This document shows, one piece after another, positions 27,348 to 40,247 of a DNA stretch of 55,857 nucleotides. The stretch covers positions 105,559 to 161,415 of the forward strand of contig CBCSLL010000157.1 in assembly GCA_965140935.1 (NCBI GenBank), read 5' to 3'. Source of the stretch: Rotaria magnacalcarata (taxonomy: Eukaryota). Both the position numbers and the translations under genes were made by a program. Below the pieces are notes generated by a model, which saw only the letters and a list, made by a program, of their open reading frames with translations, ran no database searches and was not told the origin of the DNA. The stretch's first letter is position 1. Each line of letters begins with the position of its first letter.

Positions 27348-28705
27348 ATGCCTACATATATTTTATTAAACTGCCATTCATTGTTCGACTACTGTAATAT
27401 AATGAGTGTAAAATCTTAAGTCTAACAAATTGAAAGTATTTATCGCAAGTTCACTAGTAGTTAGTCTATTCACAATGAATATCTGCAACTAGAGAGAATA
27501 TGAAATTAGTCATTTGAAAAATACCGATACTTTTCTATTTTCCTTCTTTATACTCATCCTAATAAACAACTCAACGAAATGAATTTACATATAGGCAGAT
27601 AAAAAAAACACCATTTATCAAGCGAACTGATATTTCCTCTATTCTTCAGTATCTAAACGATTGGCAAGTATTGACGTTTTTCATCTTATCACAAGACAAA
27701 TTGATAATTAAGTCTCGTAACTATGATGAAGTTTGTATGAGTAAATTATTACAAAATGTCCTGTGTAAAATATGATATATTTGAGAGCATTAAGTGATAA
27801 AAGTCAGTATTCAAGAAACATTTGACTATCATGCGCATAGATAAATCAACAAGAAAAAATAATTTTATTAATTAGAAAACTTTTCTTAGTCGCTTGAAAA
27901 GATTCGAACTCTTATTTATTGTACACTAGTAACAATCTTGATCAACTTTTAACATGGTTGTGTCCATAGAGTTATTAAATTTTACTGCAAACTGCTGATG
28001 ATGTGCTGAAAGTAGTGAAGGTGCTCATGTTAATAGTTGCTTAAGATACCAAAGTATTCTGAACAGGTGTTGAAGATGATGAGTAGGTGCTGAGTGGCGG
28101 GGATTTCAAATATGCACTTTCTCCCACGGAAAAAGGTTTAATAGATAACAGTCTGTCGCAATTACGCTGTACGTAATGTCAGAGTTTCAAACAGAAACAC
28201 TATACACACAATCATCAAATCGCTCTCATGAATCATGATTTTCATATTTTGCGTCTCAAAATCTAAACACTATCACATATTATCTTTTCAAAGTGACTCC
28301 AGCACAATTTATCTGTAGATATGTCTGCTGCGAAAGTCATACCTGTGAATTAGACTCGTGAAGTTCACAGGTTTGAAATATTATTTTTTTATAAGTGCAC
28401 AACACGAAAACATTTATTGAATGCAGTATAAATATTTCTAATTCAGCTCGTCTTTCGTCTATATAAAAATATAGTGCATGGCATTGTCTGCTGATAGCAA
28501 ATACCATTATGAACTTGCTTTTTATTTTAAATACGATATTTGATGAAAAGTATAGGTCAATTACAGTTTTCTCAACTTTAGCTTGTCTACAATCGTATGA
28601 AATTATAGTACTGCTCTTGAAATAATAATTAGCAGATTGAAGTTAGAAAACTCTCATCATTGAATTAATACTTTTCTTCTATGTAAATATCTATCAGCTG
28701 TACTA

Positions 28706-28724
28706 ATATATATATATATATATA
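28706..28724. repeat. (TA)n microsatellite.
   Basis: Direct reading. Confidence 0.9.
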
Positions 28725-29615
28725 CACAATTGTCTATAAAACATACGATAGCCTCGATACTCATACTTTCGTCATCGTACTCGATATGAATTGTTTTCTA
28801 GATTATGAAAAATGATTAGAATTATGTCGAGTATATAACCAAACTAAAACAACCATGTTTTTCGTCGAGAATAATCAAGGCATTGATAAACTGTGTACCA
28901 ATCTTAGTAGAGGCTTGAAGTTCATACCAAAAATATACTGAAACTATTTTCAGCATGACGCCACGGATATTGTCCAGCTTTAAAAATATTCTCTTTAAAA
29001 CATATCTCAACAAATGAATCAACCCAACACTCAAATATAAAAAGTCAATTTCGTAACTAATGATCATTTGTACAGAACTGTGTTAAAGTAGTTAAAGATT
29101 ATTTTTGATACATTCTCAACAAGACACTGCTTTGAAGTGGGAAGATACCTTCAATAATTTACGTAGTTTGGAAATATTATTTAGACTCGAGGATACAAGC
29201 AAAATGTTAAATTTTTGGCAAATTAATACAACATATTTTTAGTTTATATAAATATTTTAAATACTCTAAATATTAGTAGAACTGTCTATCATTGAATCAA
29301 CATGGTACGCAAAGGTATTCTCTTTCATCCACATTCTCTTTTTTCTTTTCTTTTCTTTCTTTCCTTGATTTTCTGTGTCGTACGAGTAGATGCTTGTGAT
29401 TAGCTATTATTTTGACGTTGTTCTCTTCAAGAAAAAAAATGAGAAAAACAAATATACTGAAGTTGGCGACTTCTACCAGTCGTATAATGTGCAATAAAAA
29501 TTATAGTATAGAAAAACAAAAAATAGTTTACGGACGCTGTTACCATTCTTTTAAGGTATTCGTGTAGCCAGAATCTCATAAAGTATCTAGGATCCAAGGG
29601 CACAACCTGTAAGAT

Positions 29616-30623
29616 GTGGAAGAACGCAAAAAATATTTCAATAGGAACGAAACTTTGTACGAGTCTATAACAAAACAAATATGTTATAATCAATTTACTG
29701 CTCTATACCTACGAAGGTTAATAGATTTCGATAGTTGTGTCTTAAACATAACAGCGGTTGATGAAGTCTTATTATTGGAGTGGATTTTTTCATCAAATAA
29801 ACACAATTTTATGATGAACATTACTGTCGGTATTTATCCACATTTCTCATATATTCCTTCAATTTATGGCGCTGTATTCTTTTCTGTACTGGTTTATCTT
29901 TCGCTGGTTGTTTGGTTTATTGAATCGTTACTATTTCATTGTCGGCCATGTGTAATAGGTGTAATAGCTATTTTAATATTTTTTTCTCATCTCCTCACTT
30001 TCATTGAACCCATCCTACGTTCAACAGTGACAACTGAGGAGAGAAACGCAAAACCATTGTATAAAGTTACGGCATCACACATCAGTACAAGTTCTCAACT
30101 TTTGCTGGCGTCTAATTTTCAATGTTTAGTAGAAATGCGCGCAAAATGAAAAGTCGCCCAATCGATCTAGTTGCAGCTATTATTGTACCTATAGATTTGA
30201 TTGGAGCTGGTGTCTTATTCGGCATTGCAAAAATACTCATTTATTCTTGAACGTCTTCAACTTAGTTTTCACCTACGTCAAATTTCAGTTGACATTATTA
30301 TATTATATGTTTTGCTCTTCTTTGTTTTTTGGCATTTCAATGTAATTAATGTTCGTCGTCGCTTCATTGAGCCACTATTAATCATTACGAATGTTTACCT
30401 TTTAATTGACGCCATTTATGTATTCGCTACTTCGATACCATCTCTTTTCTCTCCACTCACTGAAAACGAATTTTGGTTCCATGTAGGCCATTCGTTACCA
30501 TATTTTATTGCGCTTTTTACATGGACACTCTTGTATTGGCGAGAATCGCTAATGGCTTCTGACAATATTAATGAAAATAGTGAGAACGACAAGGAAATCC
30601 TATTATCAACTTGTACATCATGA
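29616..30623 (+). CDS. Hypothetical multi-pass membrane protein with an internal two-fold repeat. It is split into two ORFs (29616..30149 and 30201..30623) by a TGA at 30147-30149. This could be one interrupted gene, two genes, or a gene with an unrecognised intron.
   Basis: Both halves are rich in hydrophobic helices. They share motifs: RRLIDF...FIEPILR versus RRRFIEPLLII. The intervening 50 bp also reads as a hydrophobic segment in frame with the second ORF. No family was recognised. Confidence 0.35.
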
Positions 30624-31081
30624 TTGGTAGTTAATCTTTTTTGATGCTTTGACATATATCATTATGGATTTGTGCTCGTGTAATCTTATCAAGTTTTTGG
30701 AATCTAACATATTTCCAGGTGTCAATTCCAAGCGCATAAATCTCAAAGTGAATCTCATTGTATTAGAGTAGGTATTTTTGCAATATTAACTGCGAAGAAC
30801 TTTGCTTTCTCTTTCATATCTACGTATTTGTATGAAAAAAAAGCAAACTAGAACAAAATGTCTAAATAAAATTAATATCAGAACAAAATTAATTTAAACT
30901 ATTTTCCATTTTGGTAACTAAATCTCTGTCACATATGAAAAAATATAGTTTGTAAATGAATTACATCAAGTTCGGTAGCATATAATTAAAAAATTAATTT
31001 CTCACTTGGCAATATCAGCCTAGTTTACAAGGAAACTATAATACATTTCTTCTTCATGTTACTATTAAATCACTCTGAACT

Positions 31082-31617
31082 ATAAATAAATGTGGAAACT
31101 TCGGATTTCATCCGAGAGTTATGTGTAATTAGTGCAAAAAGTACATGGGACATATGAGTCATTCTAGAATGTCTGAACACCAAAATTATCATGAGCAACT
31201 AGGCACGCTGGCTTCTGGATGCAGTTTTTGTGCATTTTGAGACCGTTTTCAGGCGATGTTTCGTTAGAAAGCTACGATTTAGTTCAAAACTAGTATCAGA
31301 TTCGGAATCAGCGTTAAAAACTGAGTCGATTTATATATGTTGTGGATAATTCTGAGAAAAAATAGGTTTTTTTGAAAAATCCCTGTACTCCCTCCCCCTC
31401 AGGGATGGTCTGGTCAATAATGACAATTTTTTCGATAACTCAGCCATTTCTTGACGAATCCTTCTCATCTTCGAACTAGACTGAGACATTGATGAAGCTG
31501 AACTGTATAGAAACTTTCATCACGATCTGACTCTCCTTTCGAAAGTTGTCGCGTAAACGGCCGGCCGGCCGAACATACTGACCGATTCTAGAGTGTACTC
31601 ACTTTTTGAGTACACAA
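31082..31617 (+). repeat. Copy 3 (full length, 536 bp) of the interspersed repeat family. It ends in the hairpin gagtgtactcactttttgagtacacaa.
   Basis: It aligns to 1-223 over its 3' part and to the reverse complement of 7792-8320 over its full length. Confidence 0.75.
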
Positions 31618-31948
31618 AAAACGAGCTCAACAACGTACAGTACGATAAATATATAAGCTGATTTTAACGAAAGAGAATAATTTCAAATATAACAAAAAGA
31701 GAATTCCCTACTACTTTCTCTTGCAAAATTGGTCAATGTCATTCCATTTTTTCATTATTCTTATAATAGTTATCAATGAAAAAAACGAAATATACAAGCA
31801 AGTGAATAGTAATAATCTCTTTAGGCAAATATGAATTGTTTAAAAGCCTTGCTTTTCATAGCGAACGAGCAAATAGACATTAAATATATTGCTATTATTT
31901 TTTGTGAATTTATTGAAATAGTAAAGACAATAACATTCAAGTACACAG

Positions 31949-32630
31949 TTACAGAACAATAGCATCAGCTTCAATCTCGATTCGCATGTCAGGATGAACA
32001 AAAGCGTTGACTTGAACAAGTGTTGCAGGTACTCGAATACCATAAGAATGAAAAGTTTCTTTGAATGCTCGGCAAACATCAGCTTGATCAGCAATATTAA
32101 CACTACAGAAAGAAAAAACAAGTTTAATTTATTGGAGTACATTTGCCGAATACGAACACAAACATTCGCACACGAACAATATCTGTGATTTGAGCTCCCA
32201 TTCTTAGCAATGCATTAGTAATGCGTTCAAAGATGATAACTGTTTGATGGTATGCACTTTCAGGCTAAAAAATACTATATCCATATTTTTATGAATCACT
32301 GTAATTAAGTTTACATGAAGAACCCCTCCTGTGACTGTGATATCACTAGCTGTCGTACCAGCTACGATGACAAAGGGTCCACGTCGAACAGCTCGTGTGT
32401 GGCCACATATTTCTTCCCATGGATTATTAGTACGTAATTCAAGACGACCTGGTAAGGTTTCAACAACAATGCCAGCACTTGATCGGTTAGGTTCTGTTTC
32501 AGCAGCATGAAAAGGCAACGTCTAAGGTAGAATAGTATTATTCAGAGAATTTAACAATAATTAATTTAACAGATTTTTATTCAATCATTCTTACCGTGAC
32601 GGATTCAAGTTGTTTCTGTTCTTCTGTCAT
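31949..32630 (-). CDS. RidA/YjgF/L-PSP-family (reactive-intermediate deaminase-like) protein of about 164 aa in 4 exons. Approximate exons: 32595-32630, 32315-32521, 32158-32264 and 31949-32102.
   Basis: Spliced translation is MTEEQKQLESVT | TLPFHAAETEPNRSSAGIVVETLPGRLELRTNNPWEEICGHTRAVRRGPFVIVAGTTASDITVTGGVLH | PESAYHQTVIIFERITNALLRMGAQITDIVRVRMFV | (V)NIADQADVCRAFKETFHSYGIRVPATLVQVNAFVHPDMRIEIEADAIVL. The family pattern is recognisable. The third intron donor (GTTCGT) is non-consensus, so that junction is uncertain. Confidence 0.65.
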
Positions 32631-35600
32631 TCTATTATTCGCAATATGTACTATTAGACGATTCTATATGAAGTTGTATCTACCTGTTATTCGTTATCTG
32701 TCTCCTATTATTTTGTTAAATGGACTTATATTGTGTAGTTTGCGATAACAAATTGAAATAAATAGAATAGTTCCTAAATATTGATAGGCCTCTTTAAAAC
32801 AAGCCAGTTAGGATTATAACCTTTAAGAAATAATTGCTTATCAATCTATGTTAAATGATCGCCTGAGAAATTACTTCAGCTGTTTTTTTTTTCGAATTTA
32901 TAGTTCCTTTTCGTTTTGGCATCTATCCATTATAAACATCGTACGAAATACAAAATTGACTGAGACATAATGTCGTTTCCCATACTCATTCTTTTCATTT
33001 ACTAACTGTGATAAAGAGCAACGTTGTCTACGAGAGAATCGCTAATTGATCAACTTATGGTAGGTTTTTTTAATGTGTGTCCGCATCAAAGAAAATAAAC
33101 CATGAAAAATTCATTGAACTACTGATACTAACTGGTACTCTAGCTGTTGTGTGGCTAGTAAACGTTGAATATCCATGTCATGACTTTATTACATGATTAC
33201 TTATAGAAATCAGATCGCATGAATATATTCCACTGCTACCTTAAATGAGCATGCTAATCATTTCAATCGAAATCTATGATTTTTCTTCATCAATGAAACC
33301 TAAACATTACGCTTTTATCATTCACCAAAATCAACTAGCTCAAGCAAAAACAAATTCTCAAATATTGTACCTCACTACTGAATAAATATGTAGGCATACA
33401 CATTGTGAACAAAAAAGTCTGCTTTTTGCCAAATAAATATTTTTACTTTGCTACATATTTGGAGTTTAGTTAATTTCGGAAACTATTTTATCTATGCCAG
33501 ATGTCATTGACGTTGATCATACCATTTCCTTATTCCAGCATCTTGTTTTGTATTGACTACTCATTTATACTTCAATGAACTTCAGCTTCATTCGAATGTA
33601 ATTATATATACATATAAATGGAACTATTAATCTATGATATTCTATCAATAGTAATTAGTTCGAACAATTTTTGATTATTGCAAGTATTTTTTTGTGATGA
33701 AAATTCAATATTTATGCTGTTCTTTTTTTCATAGTAATTATATACAATTGATATTGAGAACATAAAAATTCACATCGTTGCTAAATAATGAAGAAAATAT
33801 AAAAGACTAAATATAAAACTGGAAGTTGAATTATGATATTTCTTTTATTATAGAGGCACGTCTAAAGCAAGAACACTATGAACAATTCATTTGTCTTAGT
33901 CAAATGCAAAAATATAACTATCTCAAAAATATTTTAAATACATGATCATGATGATAATAATAGTGTTAAGAATGGAGATTATACTGTATCAATTAGTAAT
34001 TATTATAAAAATTTTAAAGTTCAATTAATGATAATGGTGTTCACTCAACAGATAAGTACATATAATAGACAAAGAATATATTATACGTATTAGAATAAGA
34101 ATTCATTCGATAAAGGCAATAATTTAACGAGCAATTATCTAATTTTTTTATAAGACACAGAAAATGTTAAAATACTTTTCGAGGTAGTTTTCAAAAGTAA
34201 TCATTGGTTTATCTAACAATTTCCAATATTAATCAATACGACGAAAGCAAATTTTACTGTTTATATCAGCTTGTATGAGTATGATAACAATGAACAGTTT
34301 AAAAAATGCATAGGAGTCTTAAGTTGCTCAATTCATTAACATTTTTAAATATTAGTTAAGTGAGCATATATGTATGGTATTGTTTTGTATCAATGATAAT
34401 AGTAAATTTAGAAACAAGTGTGACGATAAACTTAAAACTATCATATTCGTCTAAGAAAGTAAACTATCTTTATTTTTTTGAAATTCTCTAGTCTATCACA
34501 TTAAAGAATCAAAGATATAACCTTGATGAAGTTGACTTATTATTGTGTTAATGAAGAGTAAATATCATATCATTAAATAGTTTTCAATATTTTAGCAGCT
34601 AACACAAACTAAGCTATGCAAGCCAATTTACGTTTCATTGAAATTTCATGTGTGTGTATAGTAAAGTCATTTGTCAAATCTATTGCTTTTATGCGTTGTC
34701 CAATTCTTTCAGCTGCCTGAAAACATTTTTAGTATTACTTCAGTGATGACTAAAGATTTGGCGACTTCAATATTATACTCAATCTTTTAAAAGAATCTCT
34801 CTCAAATGTATATTAAAGAATTCGGTTAATCCTATCATATCAATCTTTTGCTTCGTTGAATTTACTTAATGTACACTTGCAGTTGTCAACATCGCTATAC
34901 ATATACAGTGGTATTTGAGCAATATGGGAACATTTTACTTGCTTTTGATTTCTACAAGGTCTTGTTTAGACATTTACCAGTCTGATCATATATTTGCTCC
35001 CTCACAGAGAATTACTAAAATATAGTCGAAGTATTCAGAAATCACTAACGGATTGTATGTCATAAGCTCAGGAATTTGAGCATCGGAAACTCATTGTTAC
35101 CGTTGCTTATGTGTACTAGTTTAGAATATTCTTCATTATCAGATAAATAAGTTGGTCAAAATATATTTTGGATCTGACTGCATTTGATAAAATATTGCGT
35201 ATGGGTATAATCAAAATTTATAACTGATGTAAATGTGTTCATTTGAGTTTTGAATGATTTTTGTATGATTGCGTAGTCAAGCATTGTCTAGAATTTTTTC
35301 TAATATTTTCATTCAAAGTAGAATAATACATAGATTTCTTTCAAAACAAAATGAAACTAGTTAATTATAGTTATTAGTGATTTTTACTGCTTAAAAAATA
35401 TGATTTGTATCGAAGAAAAAAACAGTTCCTTTCGTTCTAATAACTGTCAGATATTTGTAACATAGATTTTATGAAAAGGACGATTATTTTTATAAAAAAA
35501 AATCAGGGACAAAATCGAAAATGAATTGCACATAAGTGTGAAAAAGAAATATTCAAAGAAAAAAGAAAAAGAAAGAACAGATTTTAGTGAGAATAATAAA

Positions 35601-36712
35601 TAAAAGAACCGAGAATATTTCACCTAGGACAAGTTTATTCTGTTTTTAGTAGGGATTTTGTTCTGTTACTGCTAATTTTATTTCCAATGAATCCATCGAA
35701 TCAAATGAATTTGAATTATTTTTCTCTAGAGTATTTATTCTTTTCTTAGAGTCCAGTTTCTAACTTTTAGAAAAATACGATATCAATCAAGTTAGTTTTC
35801 AATTAAAAGCGATTGTATATCTGACAACAAAAGAAACTGAGTTTGATTTGACGACAATCTTCTTTAGAACTAGAATTGAAGAGTGCGTATCTATGTTTAA
35901 TGTTAGATAATTACTACTTGCATGAAAGAGAAAATCGAATAAAATATGGATTACTTTAGTTTAAAAATCGATATTTTTTTTAATAAGGCTTATCAATCGA
36001 AATTTAGACTAGTCAAACTAAATTTTTGTTCGACTTATTTCCGAAAATTTAGCCTGATGTATTTTCATTGTATGATCGGAATGTTTAAATCAAGCGTATT
36101 TCAAAGATATAATTTGATTTAAAAATGAGGCTGATGCTTTTGATATTCCCAGTCCCAGGTATTCTTATATAACACAAAGGATAAATATACATCTAAATAA
36201 GTTCGTTGCTAAACGTAAAAAATACTTTTATATGATTGCATTTTTACTAAAATAAGACGTCTATCCACAAATCTTGGAAATCAAAGAAATAGTCTCCTAA
36301 AACTAATGATTATTATTGAATCGTTTTTCAATAGATTATTGCGATTAATTAAAAGTGAAATAAAACATTAAGGAGAAAATTGAAAGTCAATATTCTCACA
36401 GAGGATAAGGCCAAATATTATTCTTTTTTTCTGTTATCCATATAGTTGTATGTGTTCTGAATCCGTTTCTTAGGTATTATTTATCACTTTGTCTAGGTTT
36501 CGAATAACGATGTTTGTTTCATAATATATTTTCTTGGAATCAAAAATCGAGACGATCGTTTTAGAAGCTGCATAAAATATTCTATAATTTTGTTTTTGCT
36601 TTGGTTGAAATAAAATACATTTTTATTATTTATAGAAAGAAAAAAAAGCGAGGTCTGCGCAACGACGAAAAATGCATACTTGACTATTTTTTATTTCTAC
36701 ACACGGAGTAAT

Positions 36713-39009
36713 ATGACTGGTATAAACGAAAAAATAATTGATTCAATTCATCAGATAGAAAATCTTCTATTCCATGGTGATATACTTAATGAAACTTCGT
36801 CTTAACCGTTAATCAATCTTCGTAATCAATTAAAACAGGTCGATGACGGATATGACCTTAAGAAAAAGGATGAAATCGAGAACCTTATTCCTATTCTTGA
36901 CTATTTTGAAATAAACTCTTTTCGTCATTTTATCAAATTATATTCTTCTGTAATTCCGTCTACTCTCTTAACAGTTATATTCGATATAGTTCGCCTTAAA
37001 ATATATAATAATCTAACAGTCTATCCGGCATTAACCGATTATTATTTTAATTTATCACTTACCTATTTAATTGCTGATTCAATAATTGATTATCTTACTG
37101 ATACAAAGAATATTCTACCAAATTTAGACGAAGAATTTCTTCATTTATTCTCTTCTATTTGTTCGCGATCGATTTATGTTAAGGCAAAGATTTCCTATTC
37201 AATTTATGCTTCACATAAAAATATTCCAACATTTTTTCAATTGAATAATTCAACCGAACGACTATTAAAAGCGTTGATAACATATTTAAACAATTATTTT
37301 TTAAATAATCATCAAAAATATCAAACTTATATATCGATTTTCAAATGGCTTATTAATATGGCAGATGTCTACGGATTTGTTCCTTATTTAGTTAATACTG
37401 GTTATCCATAGGATATTTCACAATGGATGTCAATTGAAAAAATTGAAGTCAAAGATATTTCTCTGGAATTATAGTCTCTAGTTGTAACACTATTACATAA
37501 TCTAGTTCGACATTGGATGAGTGTGGAAGCTCTTAATAAATTAGAAATGATCGATACTCTCAAGGAGTGGAGAGAAAATTATATGTCTGTAATATCAATT
37601 ACTGATTATGACGAAGATGATCAAGATATTCTTCTTGCTTATTATCTTGTTTATTAAGCCTTGTTGGAACCAAAGGAATTAAAAAAAGAAAGTATCTCCA
37701 ATATTCGAAAAGTCCTTGATTATATTCTTGAGCAAACAGTAAAAGCATTTGATTCTATTGATCTTACTTCTGGTTCATATAATGTTTGTGAATATTTAGA
37801 TGGGCTTGCTAAATTGGTTGTTAATAATACTTTTCTTATTTATATTATTTCATATGAACATATTTATGAATTAGTTACTGAAAAATTTCTCTTATTTAAT
37901 ACTATATATGAGTCAACAGCACTTGATACAATTATTTGCGCATCACTGCATACAATATTTTGGTCAATTAGTTTTCTACCTGAATACAGTGTGAAATTGG
38001 AATCCAATGCTAAATTTCTGTCTTCAATTGAACAAAGAATAAAAACTCAAACAATGGATGAGCATGCTGCAGTCATGCGACGAGCAGCTAACGGAATTCT
38101 TTTTAATCTTGGTAGTACACACACAGATAGACAATCGATCGAAAATAATCATAATGATGAAGATAATAGATTCGTGTTGGTTCTGCAACATGGGTTCGTT
38201 TTGGAGATAAGAAAAATGATGAAGATGTTATGGAAATTCTTCTAGGATTGATTAATGTACTAGATAAAAGTAAAAAGAATGATGAAAAATTTACATCATC
38301 GAATAAATCACATTTCAATATTCAATCAGAAATCAATGCAATTAACATGATAAATACACGAACTGTAGAAACGATATCGTCTCCATCTTCTAGACCAATT
38401 ATAGAAAGTCCCGATATACAATCACAGTCAGAAACAACTGTATCGAACGTTACTCCTACTTCTTCAATTGAACAATAGACTTGCGAAGAAATACAACAAT
38501 AATGGCTTCATTTACCGCCATCTACTCTTCCATTCTCATCTGGTCGAGCTTTAATCGCATATATGAACTTATTATCACATGACAATGCACAATATGACGA
38601 ATATGAACATCGAATTCGTCATAATGGTATAAGTCGAGAACAATTTTCTAATTTAATATCATCATTTGCATCTGTTCGTCCGTTAAACAAAATCCGAACC
38701 ACTACACCAAATGAATTCTTTGATGAATGGACACGTGAAGAAGTAAAATATTGGTTTCAACAAAATAATTTATCTGATTATTTATTAAATACGTTGGATT
38801 TTGTTGATGGATCTCAACTTATTACGTATGGAAAGTTAATTATTATAGATTCACCAGTACATATTGATCAAGAATATGATCGATTAAGGAATCATATTGG
38901 CAGTGATTCTTTTCATCTCAATGAATATGCTCGACTGTTGAGTGGTCTGAAGAAAATTGTCAACCAATCAAAATCAAAAGAGGAATCAGTCTCCTGTAAT
39001 ATTCTCTAA
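36713..39009 (+). pseudogene. Decayed gene of about 2.3 kb. It encodes a long alpha-helical protein ending in a SAM (sterile alpha motif) domain. It is interrupted by at least 4 in-frame stops and 2 frame changes.
   Basis: A continuous codon-like frame runs from ATG 36713. Stops fall at 36803-36805 (TAA), about 37409 (TAG), about 37472 (TAG) and about 37656 (TAA). The frame switches at about 38230 and 38480-38560. The C-terminal ORF 38563..39009 contains a SAM-like segment, TREEVKYWFQQNNLSDYLLNTLDFVDGSQL. Confidence 0.5.
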
Positions 39010-40247
39010 TGTTGATTAAGGAGATTATGTCTCTAATTTTATCCAATGATTACTGTAAATACTCTGTATCATTAATGAATAAATTATCTTTCCATTGTTT
39101 AACTATTTATCTCGTTTATATTAAAAGTAATTCGTTTTCCTCACATCTTTTCGCACGTGATACTACAATTCTATTGCAAGCAACTTCAAATGTTGTATTG
39201 CATCATCAAAAGCTCATATTTAATTATATAGGTTCGCTTTATTTTTCAACTTGACAAAATTTTGTACAACCAGCTTCTGATACCGCTACTCAAAATAATT
39301 CTTTTGAGTATATTACAAGCCTATTTTTATAATAAAAGAGATCTAGTGATATTTTTCTTTCATATACACAATAGGAAGATAAACAACTCATTGTCAGCAA
39401 TTTCATCTACAAAAAAAAAAGAAATTTCAAACTGTACATAGATTAAAATTCACTGAGCTCATGTCAAGTTATGCACGAGATGTTAAAGATATTCGTCACC
39501 TATCAAGTAGTGATCTAATTCATTTGGTTGTAATTTTTAAATGTTTTTTAAAGTATATTACGAATGTTTTGTAACAGAACATTATTCAAAGTTTAAAAAG
39601 AAAAACACCAAAATGAACTAGCCAAAAGAATAATAGTTTTCAAAGAATTATTTTAACTTCATATACGTAGATAATTAACAATTCTCAAAGTATTTAGAAC
39701 TATTCTTGCCGTACGAGATGCACTAATGAATCAGTGTGTTTAATCAAGAAATTAATAGTGAGTGTTATCATTTTTTTAATGTGTAGATTTATCTAATGTA
39801 TACATGATAGCAATTATTTTATCTCTCTCTTTCTCTCTTAAAATTATCTTCTAGTAATCTAAAATAAAAATGCTATTTTTAAAGATTCAATTACTCTGAT
39901 TTTTTCGTTACAAATATGAAGATTAACACTCTCTAAAAGAATTTGATCTGTTCCAAAAATTTAATTGTAGTTTGATTAGCAGTTAGGTAAAGTTGTACAG
40001 ATGATGCTTTTCTATTGTAAAGAATAATTTATTTACAATATATTTCTTGATTTTTATGTGTTGTTCAATATTCAGACAATATTCTAACAGACGACAAGAT
40101 AATTGAAATCTATTGAAAGTACAAGAAGAAGAATCAGTAGCTATATGGTATATCAGAAGACATTTGTTATCTACGGATACAAAGAAGCAGTTTACTGTCT
40201 TTTTATTCATGCTTTTGAATATGATAATAACTAACACTTGTTTACTG

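Noticed and set aside
36803-37660. Treating the in-frame stops of the SAM-domain gene as short introns.
   Set aside because: Only one of the stops lies in a stretch bounded by GT...AG (36800-36840, weak GTCTTA donor). The others lack splice signals, so the pseudogene interpretation is preferred.
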